From contig CANQON010000004.1 of NCBI GenBank assembly GCA_947625505.1, positions 23,498-87,497 on the forward strand: a stretch of DNA of 64,000 nt, written 5' to 3'. The stretch comes from an uncultured Bacilli bacterium. GTDB taxonomy: Bacteria > Bacillota_I > Bacilli_A > RF39 > UBA660. A program made the position numbers and the translations under genes. The first letter of the stretch is position 1, and each line of letters opens with the position of its first letter. Of this stretch, positions 10,021-19,062 are shown piece after piece. The notes under the pieces are model-generated. The model was not told the DNA's origin. It saw only the letters and a list, made by a program, of their open reading frames with translations, and did not search any database.

Positions 10021-10512
10021 CTATTTATCTTTCTTTTTAATTCCTTTAAGTAAAGTACCTGCTACTCCATTTTCAATAACACCTTTAACTGATTCTCTTG
10101 TATTAAATCCTAAAACGGAGTCTACACGGTCAAAAGTATGGTTAACTTTTTCAATACCACGATCTGTCATGGTTGTCCCTGTCACAGCATCTCTAATCTT
10201 AGTTACAAATTTAGAGGCATCTAAAAAACTAGATAAGGTGAAGGTATAGTTTTTATTAGTTGTTTGTATAAATATAATAGAACCCTTTTGTTCAACTTGG
10301 ACTTTGCCATTATATGTTTTAATTGTATCAAGCATAATTGTATCTAGTAAAACCTTTTTAGTTTCACTTCTAAATAATCCTTTTTTCTCTTTAACATCTT
10401 GTTCTAAAATAATTTTTTTTGAAGTTAAAGTTATATAGACAATATCTTCATCAAGGCTTCCCATTAAATTAAGTAAAATAACTTCATCATTATCTAAGAC
10501 ATAATTACTCAT
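10021..10512 (-). CDS. hypothetical protein (bacterial PH/GRAM-like N-terminal region suspected)
   Basis: 163-aa ORF with an AAGAGGAG RBS. Only weak resemblance to YokE-like PH domains. Confidence 0.45.
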   Translation of the reverse strand: MSNYVLDNDEVILLNLMGSLDEDIVYITLTSKKIILEQDVKEKKGLFRSETKKVLLDTIMLDTIKTYNGKVQVEQKGSIIFIQTTNKNYTFTLSSFLDASKFVTKIRDAVTGTTMTDRGIEKVNHTFDRVDSVLGFNTRESVKGVIENGVAGTLLKGIKKKDK

Positions 10513-10574
10513 AAAACACTCCTCTTTTAGCTCGTACTAATTATAGCAAAAAAAAGAGAATTATAAAAGTCATA

Positions 10575-11462
10575 TTAATTCTCTTCTTTTAATTTTAGAA
10601 TCTCTTCTTCCGTCATGTTAGTCGTATCCATTATAAAATCAATTGTCATACCTTTTTCAAGTAATTTTTTAGCTATCTCCTTATTACGTTCATTCTTTCC
10701 TTTAGTTTCACCTATAGACATACCTTCTTCAAGACCTTTTTCGTGTCCCTCTTCAAGTCCTTCAGCTTTTCCTTCAGCTCTACTTTCAGCTATTAAGCTA
10801 TTCCTTATCTTTCTTTGATCTTCTTCGTAACTCATGTATTCTCTAAACTCTGGTTCTTCATTTACTTTATTTAATTCGCTCATATATCGTGATACCATCC
10901 TATCTTTTTTCGATAACTTTGTTAGTTCTTCTTTCTCTAATCCTATCATTACTAACATGACATTATCTTTTATCTCTTCACTTTTAGTATACCATAAGTT
11001 CATATAATAATCCATGTTTACATCATAAATGATAAAGTTATCGATATATGTCTTATCTTCTTCATTTTTTATTTTATATATATTGATACTTCCACTATTA
11101 TATCCTAAATCATATGATAAGTTTATTTGAATATATTTCATATTCCCATCATAGTTATGTCCTACTAAAATATCATGAGCATAGATATCACATAGATAGG
11201 CTGTATTACGATATCTAACGTAATCTTTATAGCTTGAGTTAACTTCAACATTAATTTTACCAATATTAGTGTCTAAGATAAGATCAAGTCTTTGTCCTTT
11301 TATATGAACATTATCTCTTAAACGTTCGTTATTTAAGATACACATAGAACTAATTTGTAGATTAAGGATTTTCTCTAACAATGATTTTAAGATATCTTGA
11401 TTAGCTTCTTTTAACATGACTTCTTTAAAAGCTCTGTCATAACGACCAGAATACCATTTCAT
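10575..11462 (-). CDS. Rpn-family recombination-promoting nuclease / PD-(D/E)XK putative transposase
   Basis: N-terminal YDRAFKEVM, the DLILDTN...NVEVN nuclease core, and a C-terminal EGKAEGLEEGHEKGLEEG repeat followed by AKKLLEKGMTIDFI, typical of YhgA/Rpn proteins. Confidence 0.8.
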   Translation of the reverse strand: MKWYSGRYDRAFKEVMLKEANQDILKSLLEKILNLQISSMCILNNERLRDNVHIKGQRLDLILDTNIGKINVEVNSSYKDYVRYRNTAYLCDIYAHDILVGHNYDGNMKYIQINLSYDLGYNSGSINIYKIKNEEDKTYIDNFIIYDVNMDYYMNLWYTKSEEIKDNVMLVMIGLEKEELTKLSKKDRMVSRYMSELNKVNEEPEFREYMSYEEDQRKIRNSLIAESRAEGKAEGLEEGHEKGLEEGMSIGETKGKNERNKEIAKKLLEKGMTIDFIMDTTNMTEEEILKLKEEN

Positions 11463-11552
11463 TAGTATTCCTCCTTTCTACTATATTATTATTGATAACT
11501 TTCTCATTTCCTTTTTTTAAATGAAAAAAAAATAAAAAAAAGAAAAAATTTT

Positions 11553-12383
11553 TCATTTTTCTTTTTCATATTCATCTAAAAAGCTTTGATATATACTATC
11601 TTTTTTAGTACCTAAAACACAGTTTAAATTAATATTATCTAAAGCTTTAAAAATATTATGTTCAATATCAGGATTTTTCTTACGTAGTTCTTTAATAAGA
11701 TTTTTTATTTCTAATCTTTTACTAGCACTTTCATCATAACTAGCTTCTTCGGTGAAACGACAAGCACAGTTTAAAAATGTTAAGTCATTACTTTTTTTCC
11801 AACTAATAATATCTTCTTCATGAACAAGATATAAAGGACGAATAAGTTCCATCCCTTGGTAATTATCACTATGTAATTTAGGCATCATTGTCTTTACTTC
11901 AGCTCCATAAAACATTGATAATAAAGTTGTTTCAATAACATCGTTAAAATGATGTCCTAAAGCTATTTTATTACATCCTAATTCTTTAGCTTTATTATAT
12001 AAGTATCCTCTTCGCATACGAGCACACATATAACAAGGACTTTTAGTATCCATATGTGTAACTGTATTAAAAATATCACTTTCAAATATTTGAATTGGTA
12101 TATTAAGTATTTGACTATTTTCAATAATCATTTTTTTGTTTAATTCATTATAACCTGGATTCATAACAACATAGTAAGCTTCAAAAGGTATTTTGCCATG
12201 ACGTGATAATTCTTGAATACATTTCGCTAATAAGAAAGAATCTTTACCTCCTGATATACATACCATAACACGATCGTTAGCTTCAATAAGTTGATATTCT
12301 TGAACAGCTTTAACTACTTTACTCCATATTTCTTTACGATATTTTTTAATAATACTTCGTTCTATTTCTTTATATCTTTCCAT
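11553..12383 (-). CDS. PP-loop ATPase, TtcA-like tRNA thiolation protein
   Basis: SGGKDS PP-loop, with CYMCARMRR and CACRF Cys pairs. Confidence 0.75.
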   Translation of the reverse strand: MERYKEIERSIIKKYRKEIWSKVVKAVQEYQLIEANDRVMVCISGGKDSFLLAKCIQELSRHGKIPFEAYYVVMNPGYNELNKKMIIENSQILNIPIQIFESDIFNTVTHMDTKSPCYMCARMRRGYLYNKAKELGCNKIALGHHFNDVIETTLLSMFYGAEVKTMMPKLHSDNYQGMELIRPLYLVHEEDIISWKKSNDLTFLNCACRFTEEASYDESASKRLEIKNLIKELRKKNPDIEHNIFKALDNINLNCVLGTKKDSIYQSFLDEYEKEK

Positions 12384-12413
12384 ATAATACTTCCTAACGT
12401 TTCCATTATACCA

Positions 12414-12441
12414 TGAAAAAAGTAAATCGATAAGATTTACT
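12414..12441 (-). terminator. rho-independent terminator of the flavin reductase gene
   Basis: AGTAAATC-GATAA-GATTTACT hairpin followed on the minus strand by a T-run. Confidence 0.65.
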
Positions 12442-13007
12442 TATTTTTTTAATTCTAATCCATCTTTAAAGGCATTTCCTACACGATTAGTTACTTCATA
12501 ATAACCATGAGTATAAGGATCAAAAGCTATAGCTCTTACTTTGGTAATATCTACATTATCATTAGTCATAACTTCTTCTTTAACAGAAGTATTAACTACT
12601 TTACCTATAACACCACATCCATAAGTATTATTTTGATATTCAATAAATTCACATTCCATACAAATAGGAAATTCATTAATAATAGGTGCATCTACTAGTT
12701 CGGATTTAGTGATAGATAATCCACTATTATTAAATTTATTAGGTGTATTATTACCTGATACTACACCAAAATAATCCGCTTCTTTAACGTGTTCAGCATC
12801 AGCTATACTAACGGTAAAAGCTTTTCTTTCTTTAATATTTTTTACTGTTTTATGAGTTTCTGTTAAATTAAGTCCTACAACATCACGATCAATCATTGTT
12901 CCCCATGCAGCATTCATAACATTGACACTACCATCTTCATTATATGTCGCAATCATCAAGACAGGCATAGGAAATATGGCTTCAGTCGTTTTTATATTTT
13001 TACGCAT
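12441..13007 (-). CDS. flavin reductase-like (flavoredoxin) family protein
   Basis: MPVLMIATYNEDGSVNVMNAAWG is typical of the FMN-binding split-barrel family. Confidence 0.7.
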   Translation of the reverse strand: MRKNIKTTEAIFPMPVLMIATYNEDGSVNVMNAAWGTMIDRDVVGLNLTETHKTVKNIKERKAFTVSIADAEHVKEADYFGVVSGNNTPNKFNNSGLSITKSELVDAPIINEFPICMECEFIEYQNNTYGCGVIGKVVNTSVKEEVMTNDNVDITKVRAIAFDPYTHGYYEVTNRVGNAFKDGLELKK

Positions 13008-13028
13008 TCTATCATCCTTTCATCTATA

Positions 13029-14039
13029 TTATAGCACGTTACTGAGTTCTTTCGTTATAGTTCTTTGACCTCTTATCGATGTAACACCATATTTTTTTAA
13101 TACTTCTAAAGGATATTCATCTTTTTTATAACGTTTTAATAGTTTTAATTTCATAACTTTATCCATTTTTAATTCTTTAGATTTATAAGTATATGGTATA
13201 TTTATTTCTATTACTTCACATTTATAAAGGATACAAGAGTATGGACTACCTACATATAAATAAGCTATATCTCCAATATAGATTTTACCTACTTGTTTCC
13301 ACATAATTGTATCAGTATCATTAAAACAGTTTATAACATCATAGTATTTAATATTGGCAGGTATAATCCATTCTTTAATCTCTTCTGTATATTTATGGCT
13401 TTGTTCAATAAGAACCATAATCTCTTCATCACTTAATGTATCATTTAAAATAATTGTAATCCAATTATCTTTATTCATATGATAAGCTTTATAAAAGCCT
13501 TTTCTCTTTAATAATTTTTTTATTAAAGTATTATCTAGTTTTAAATTAATAACTTCAATATCTTCATCAATATTATCTAATTTAGTACGATTAATATTCA
13601 TTATAAGAGCATACCATTTATTATTACGTTTATTACGATATACCGCATCTGTAAGTGAGTTATCCCATAAAAATTCAGGATTATCATGATATTTATTAAA
13701 TATTAAATTATGTAGTCGATTAGTTTGTTTATAAATAAAATAATTACTATGTGTACAATTATCTTTAATATCTAATAAAAAATTTATAAATTCTTCTTTA
13801 ACTTGACCTGAAAAACTACCTAATTCATCATTAAGGCGATAATTAGTATATTCTTCATTAAATTCTAAATCATAGACTCTACCTATTACTTGTTTATTAG
13901 TAATAGAAACATCGATACGAAAAGTATTATTTAAGATATTTTTAGATATGATATACTTATCTTGTTTTTTTATAAAACCATAAGGTATTAGTTTATCTTC
14001 ATCAATTATACTTTGCTTAAAAAGTTCTTGTTCTATCAA
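13029..14039 (-). CDS. MmcQ/YjbR-like DNA-binding domain fused to a C-terminal EVE/PUA-like domain
   Basis: Middle region WYALIMNI...KAYHMNKDNWITIILN is YjbR-like. C-terminal WIIPANIKYYDV...MWKQVGKIYIGDIAYLYVGSPYSCILYKCEV is EVE-like. TTG start overlaps the PcfJ-like TGA stop. Confidence 0.55.
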   Translation of the reverse strand: MIEQELFKQSIIDEDKLIPYGFIKKQDKYIISKNILNNTFRIDVSITNKQVIGRVYDLEFNEEYTNYRLNDELGSFSGQVKEEFINFLLDIKDNCTHSNYFIYKQTNRLHNLIFNKYHDNPEFLWDNSLTDAVYRNKRNNKWYALIMNINRTKLDNIDEDIEVINLKLDNTLIKKLLKRKGFYKAYHMNKDNWITIILNDTLSDEEIMVLIEQSHKYTEEIKEWIIPANIKYYDVINCFNDTDTIMWKQVGKIYIGDIAYLYVGSPYSCILYKCEVIEINIPYTYKSKELKMDKVMKLKLLKRYKKDEYPLEVLKKYGVTSIRGQRTITKELSNVL

Positions 14040-15538
14040 TTATCATCACTTTCCTTAATATTTGTTTCAATAATAATTAAATTATGTTCCCATCTTTTTA
14101 AAATATTCATAATATCATCACTAGGTAATTGATTATATTTAGTCCTAGCTTGCACAATCTTACCATTTTTAACTTCAATAGTAACAAAAGATTCATCAAG
14201 TTTATCTTTTTTACGCATAAAATATAATTCTGTTTCTTTATTACTATAACGTCTACTATAGGTTCGAACACAATTACTTTGTTGTTTACTTTCATCAATT
14301 AAACTTTCAATAGAAGAAGCAGGAATAATAATATATTGATCATCTTGATAACTATTCAATTCTAATATTTTAGAAAATTTATTAATCTTATCGTTAATCT
14401 TCTTATCTTTCGATATAGTATATTCTAAATATAATTTATTATGTGCTTCATAAAAGTTTGAAGGAAAGATATTTTTTTTATCTTTTATATTATATCCCTC
14501 TTCTTTTAACATTCTTAAATAGTCATTATAATCAACATAATATTCTTCATTAAAATCCTCTTGTTGCGCAAAATAATCTCTTAATTCTTCTACTGTAATA
14601 TTAGCTGTTTCCGTAATCTCTTTTAACAAATATAAATGTTGCATACAATAATTGATAAGATCTAAATCCTGTTTTTGACATAATTCAAAAGCTAGAAAAT
14701 GATAATAATCTAAATCATTTTTTTGTAAAAAATCTAAATTAGCTTTTAATAGTTTTTTTAGTTTATTATCATAATTTAAAGTACAAGTATAATCAAAAGC
14801 TAAATTATATAATTTATTTTTTACTAAGTATTCAAATTGTTTTAAATGGATAGGTGCATAAACCATGTTAACTAAACAAGGTTTTACTAGTTTAAGATGT
14901 TTTACTCCTTCCCATATTAAACTATATTTATAAATCGTATTTTTTAATATATCTAAGTTATTTAGACATAAATAAGTATCATAAAGTAAATCATAAACTC
15001 TTTCTTTTTCTTCCATATCATCTATTTTATTATCTATATCGTTATATATAGTCACTTCTTTAGTTATTAAATTAGTCATATAATCTTCTTTAATATGCCA
15101 TACTTCTTGAATACTTAAAGAGCTAGTTTTAAAAGGTAAAGGTGTTAAAGGATTATTAAAATAAATATGTTCTTTAATAACATATAATAAAATATTACCC
15201 TTAACAATATCAAAAAAATAATATTTAATATTATCTTCAATATTTTTAATTTCATCTATTTCATTATAATTCATAATAGCGTTTTTATAACGAAGTTCAT
15301 CTTCATAAGGATGATAAAAACTTTTATGACAATGTTTACAATAGTAATTTTTATTAAGTTTATTAAAACAATTAGAGCAAATAGTTGTACCATCACATAT
15401 ATTATATATCGCTATCTTATTAGATATATCTTTAATATTATTAATAATATTGGGAGATATATCATCAATATTACTTATATAATCAATAGGTTCTTCAATA
15501 ATTTTATCGAAGTCATTAGAAAAGATTAATTGATTCAT
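14036..15538 (-). CDS. PcfJ-like protein with N-terminal zinc ribbon
   Basis: CSNCFNKL...CKHCHKSF ribbon. C-terminal SNCVRTYSRRY...FVTIEV.NGKIVQARTKYNQ matches the PcfJ domain as I recall it. GGAGG RBS and TGTAGTATAAT extended -10. Confidence 0.6.
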   Translation of the reverse strand: MNQLIFSNDFDKIIEEPIDYISNIDDISPNIINNIKDISNKIAIYNICDGTTICSNCFNKLNKNYYCKHCHKSFYHPYEDELRYKNAIMNYNEIDEIKNIEDNIKYYFFDIVKGNILLYVIKEHIYFNNPLTPLPFKTSSLSIQEVWHIKEDYMTNLITKEVTIYNDIDNKIDDMEEKERVYDLLYDTYLCLNNLDILKNTIYKYSLIWEGVKHLKLVKPCLVNMVYAPIHLKQFEYLVKNKLYNLAFDYTCTLNYDNKLKKLLKANLDFLQKNDLDYYHFLAFELCQKQDLDLINYCMQHLYLLKEITETANITVEELRDYFAQQEDFNEEYYVDYNDYLRMLKEEGYNIKDKKNIFPSNFYEAHNKLYLEYTISKDKKINDKINKFSKILELNSYQDDQYIIIPASSIESLIDESKQQSNCVRTYSRRYSNKETELYFMRKKDKLDESFVTIEVKNGKIVQARTKYNQLPSDDIMNILKRWEHNLIIIETNIKESDDN

Positions 15539-15569
15539 AATATACCTCCTAATAATGTTATTATACTAC

Positions 15570-15599
15570 AAAAAAAGTAAATCACCTATGTGACTTACT
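15570..15599 (-). terminator. rho-independent terminator of the ASCH gene
   Basis: AGTAAATCAC-CTAT-GTGACTTACT hairpin with one mismatch, followed by T7 on the minus strand. Confidence 0.6.
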
Positions 15600-15957
15600 C
15601 TAACTCAAAAGCTATACCTACAATCTTACTATTTAAGACATTATCTTTACCAAATATTTCATATAAAGCTTGGGTTAATTCTTCCTTGGTATAATCTTTC
15701 GCACTTTGTAAAACAATATCTTTATGCTTAAATAAATCATCTATATTATCAAAAAGATATTTATCAGTAACTCTTACTAAAAGATATTTATCATCATCTA
15801 CGACTTTAAATCTTATTAAATCATCTTTCTTTATTTTAGCTGATTTATCAGTTAATAGTCTTAATTCAACTTTTTTCTTTCCTGTTATCATATCATCGTA
15901 TACACTCTTATATATACGATATTCATACATATTATTCATAGACATATAAAGTCCCAT
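15595..15957 (-). CDS. ASCH domain protein
   Basis: IY..VYDDMITGKKKVELRL......IKKDDLIRF pattern of ASCH/PUA-like domains. Start ambiguous (ATGs at 15957, 15945, 15939 and 15930, none with a clear RBS). Confidence 0.6.
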   Translation of the reverse strand: MGLYMSMNNMYEYRIYKSVYDDMITGKKKVELRLLTDKSAKIKKDDLIRFKVVDDDKYLLVRVTDKYLFDNIDDLFKHKDIVLQSAKDYTKEELTQALYEIFGKDNVLNSKIVGIAFELE

Positions 15958-16240
15958 TTATCTTTACTAAATTACGATTACCTAAAAAGACTATTTTATC
16001 ATCATCTAAAGTTATTTCATAATGCACAGTGGATCCTTCATCTTTAACAATAGCACGTCGATATTGATATTTTTGAACTTCTACATTTGTTATATCATTT
16101 CTTCTTAATATATCTTGAATAGAATGTGACTCTCCATAAGCAAAGACTTTATTGTTACCTAACATTACTTTATCAAAATACAAGTAACAACCAAAAGATA
16201 TAGTAGCAAAAATAAGCATTAATATTAGTAATTTTTTCAT
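15932..16240 (-). CDS. small membrane-anchored or secreted hypothetical protein
   Basis: 102 aa with an N-terminal signal/TM segment (LLILMLIFATISFGC). Confidence 0.45.
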   Translation of the reverse strand: MKKLLILMLIFATISFGCYLYFDKVMLGNNKVFAYGESHSIQDILRRNDITNVEVQKYQYRRAIVKDEGSTVHYEITLDDDKIVFLGNRNLVKINGTLYVYE

Positions 16241-16254
16241 TTTTATCGCCCCTT

Positions 16255-17016
16255 TTAATTAGATACATAATAAGCAAGTTCAATAGCTAAATCAAAGTAT
16301 CTTGTATCATGTTGCGTACCTGCATATTCCCCTTCAATATGTCTAATATCCCATTCTGGAGAATCTAGTAAATCAGCACTCGTAAAGAAGTAATATAATT
16401 CTAAATTTCTAAAATCACATACAGCTTGCATAGCTGAACATTCCATATCAACAGATATACAGCCATCATTTTTTCTTTTCGTTATATTATTTTCTGTTTC
16501 TCTATAAAAAGCATCAGTTGTCCAATTCTTACCTAAAACATAAGGTAATCTTTTACTTTCCAGGAATTTTTTTACAACATTACTATTTTTATTAATAATA
16601 TAATCACTAGGTGTAGCATAATGATAACTAGTTCCTTCATCACGATATGATTCTGTTGGTACCATTATTTTACCATGATTAATTACTTTATCTAAACATC
16701 CTGCTCCTCCAAAAACAATAAATTTATCTGTATCAATAACTTCTGTTACATCTTCTACAATACCAACAGAAGCAGGAGCTCCTAATAGCGTTTTATAAAA
16801 GGCAAATACTTTTCCTTGATAATTAATTTTATATATAGGAAATGTCCCTGTAACCATTTTATATGTTGCGCATTCTTCTATATCATAATTATCTAATACA
16901 TATTTTTCAATAATATTAGAGAATGTAACAATACAAGCATCACATTTTATTCTATTATCTTTATATTGAGGGTTTATCTTAGCAGGTGATTTATCATCAA
17001 AACTATTAATAATCAT
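16255..17016 (-). CDS. nucleoside phosphorylase (PNP_UDP_1, uridine phosphorylase-like) family protein
   Basis: GAPASVGIVED, RDEGTSYHY and VDMECSAM motifs. Confidence 0.7.
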   Translation of the reverse strand: MIINSFDDKSPAKINPQYKDNRIKCDACIVTFSNIIEKYVLDNYDIEECATYKMVTGTFPIYKINYQGKVFAFYKTLLGAPASVGIVEDVTEVIDTDKFIVFGGAGCLDKVINHGKIMVPTESYRDEGTSYHYATPSDYIINKNSNVVKKFLESKRLPYVLGKNWTTDAFYRETENNITKRKNDGCISVDMECSAMQAVCDFRNLELYYFFTSADLLDSPEWDIRHIEGEYAGTQHDTRYFDLAIELAYYVSN

Positions 17017-17082
17017 TTATTTCACCTCTATATTATTTTATCATATTATATTTTTGATAAAAACCCTAAACAAAAAAAGAAT

Positions 17083-17715
17083 TCAAAATTCTTTTTTTAA
17101 ATTAATATGAAGAGATATTAAATATGAAACATAAACCATAATAATAGATATCATTATTAAGATTATTACTAAGTAGTCTTCTAAAACTGTTAATACTTTT
17201 AAAATATTTGATAAATCTACATAAGTCGCTAGTAGACTACCAATAATAACAATACCAAAAACTAGTATAAAGATACCAATTCTTGCTTTTTCAACCCCAA
17301 ATTTATAAATAATTGGATACATAATTGTTAGAACCAATAATGTACCAAATATTGTACCGAAAATTGTCACTAATATCTGTTCATAATTAATAGTTTGAGT
17401 ATTAACATAAGATATAATAAAAGATAAAATTGTTGTAATTATTGAAACAATAAGAGTAATTAAAATAGTTGTTATATATTTAGATTTTACACTATTTTTT
17501 CTTCCATTAGGTAAAGATATAGAATAAGCATCCCATTTATTATAGTTATCATAACTAAATGATGAAATCATGATCATGACACACATAAATGGTAAGATAA
17601 ATGATATATCCATTTTATTCATTAAACCCATTATGGCATAAATAACAATTAATACGCCTAGCAATTTAAAATTACTTTTAATCATCGCTAAATCTTTCTT
17701 TATGAATCCTATCAT
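17083..17715 (-). CDS. ABC-2 type transporter permease
   Basis: 210 aa with 6 TM helices, overlapping the upstream ATPase gene by 1 nt. Confidence 0.65.
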   Translation of the reverse strand: MIGFIKKDLAMIKSNFKLLGVLIVIYAIMGLMNKMDISFILPFMCVMIMISSFSYDNYNKWDAYSISLPNGRKNSVKSKYITTILITLIVSIITTILSFIISYVNTQTINYEQILVTIFGTIFGTLLVLTIMYPIIYKFGVEKARIGIFILVFGIVIIGSLLATYVDLSNILKVLTVLEDYLVIILIMISIIMVYVSYLISLHINLKKEF

Positions 17716-18572
17716 TATTCTTCCCCCTTAATCATTAAAACCATAAGATCATCTAAAGTTATTTTATCTATTATAGAAATATTATATTTAGTTTTAAATT
17801 CCTTTTTATTGGTAATTAATACCTCATATTCATATTTTGACTTTTTATATTTAAGGTAATCTTTTTTATCTATATCTTTAAACTCTTTTTCCGTACATTT
17901 TACTATTCCATATTTATTTAATAATTCATCAGTAGTTTTAGATAAAACAATTTCACCATTATTTATAAAAGTTATATAATCAGCAATACGCTCTAAATCC
18001 GTAGTAATATGACTAGAAAGTAAAATAGAACATTCTTCTTTTTCCAATATATTTTGAAATATTTGAATTACTTCTATTCTAGCTACTGGATCAAGTCCTG
18101 ATGTTGGTTCATCTAATATTAAAAGTTTAGGATGATGTGAAAGTGCGGCTGCAATTTCTAGCTTTTTTCTCATTCCTTTAGAAAAAGTTTTAATTTGTTT
18201 GTTAGGTAATAAAGAAAATTCTTGTAAATAATCTTTAAACATTTTAGTATCCCAATTTTTATAAATACCTTGCATCGTCTTATTTATATCATTAGGTGTA
18301 AGTATTTCAGGAAAGAACATATCATCTAAAACAACTCCTATATCTTCTTTTATTTCTTTATCATTTTTACGATTATCTAATCCAAAAATTTTAATTTCTC
18401 CACTATAAGATTTAATAATATCTAATATAGCTTTTATTGTTGTCGTCTTTCCAGCTCCATTTTCACCAATAAAACCCATAATCATACCTTTAGGTAAAGT
18501 AAATGATATATTTTTTAGTTCAAAATGATCATATTTTTTACAAAGATTTTTTATTTCTAATACATTATCCAT
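17715..18572 (-). CDS. ABC transporter ATP-binding protein
   Basis: Walker A GENGAGKTT, signature SKGMRKKL, Walker B LLILDEP. Start set at the ATG at 18572, behind a GGAGGA RBS. Confidence 0.85.
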   Translation of the reverse strand: MDNVLEIKNLCKKYDHFELKNISFTLPKGMIMGFIGENGAGKTTTIKAILDIIKSYSGEIKIFGLDNRKNDKEIKEDIGVVLDDMFFPEILTPNDINKTMQGIYKNWDTKMFKDYLQEFSLLPNKQIKTFSKGMRKKLEIAAALSHHPKLLILDEPTSGLDPVARIEVIQIFQNILEKEECSILLSSHITTDLERIADYITFINNGEIVLSKTTDELLNKYGIVKCTEKEFKDIDKKDYLKYKKSKYEYEVLITNKKEFKTKYNISIIDKITLDDLMVLMIKGEE

Positions 18573-18948
18573 TGTTATCCTCCTCATATAATATATCTAA
18601 CATTTCATTTAGTGTTTCCTTATCTATATTACTCATTTTAGCTATCATAACTGCCTTATCCATAAGTTCTTCTATCTTATTTAATTGTTCTTCTAAAGCA
18701 ATATCTTTATTTATTTTAGCGACATAAAATCCTTTAGATGGAACATTTTTCACATAACCCTCTTTTACTAATTCTTCATATGCATTTTTAGTTGTTATAA
18801 CACTACAACGAAGATCTTTCGCTAAAGTTCTTATAGATGGTAATAATTCATTTTCTTTTAATTCATTAGAAACTATCTTAACTTTTATTTGCTCTTTAAT
18901 TTGTTCATAAATAGGAATACCATTTGAATTACTAATTATTATTTCCAT
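18565..18948 (-). CDS. GntR-family (YtrA-like) transcriptional regulator
   Basis: IPIYEQIKEQIK...LPSIRTLAKDLRCSVITTKNAYEEL wHTH. First gene of a GntR-ABC-permease operon. Confidence 0.85.
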   Translation of the reverse strand: MEIIISNSNGIPIYEQIKEQIKVKIVSNELKENELLPSIRTLAKDLRCSVITTKNAYEELVKEGYVKNVPSKGFYVAKINKDIALEEQLNKIEELMDKAVMIAKMSNIDKETLNEMLDILYEEDNNG

Positions 18949-18956
18949 ATTACCTC

Positions 18957-18997
18957 CTGTATATATTTATTATATACAGCATATACACAGTTGTCAA
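18957..18997 (-). promoter_or_regulatory. sigma-A promoter with a perfect 9-5-9 inverted repeat operator of the GntR/ABC operon
   Basis: Minus strand reads TTGACA (18997-18992)-N17-TATAAT (18974-18969). The inverted repeat CTGTATATA-N5-TATATACAG (18957-18979) covers the -10 and start region. Confidence 0.65.
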
Positions 18998-19062
18998 TAG
19001 TATTTAATCTAGTCAAATAAAATAAAAAGTTATATAATGGAAATATATGAGGTGTTAGAATT

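Noticed and set aside
11515-11552. A/T-only pseudo-palindrome (AAATGAAAAA...TTTTTCATTT, GAAAAAATTTTTC) between ttcA-like and the Rpn gene, considered as a terminator or regulatory element.
   Set aside because: The stems would be pure A-T with large loops, indistinguishable from low-complexity AT-rich spacer.
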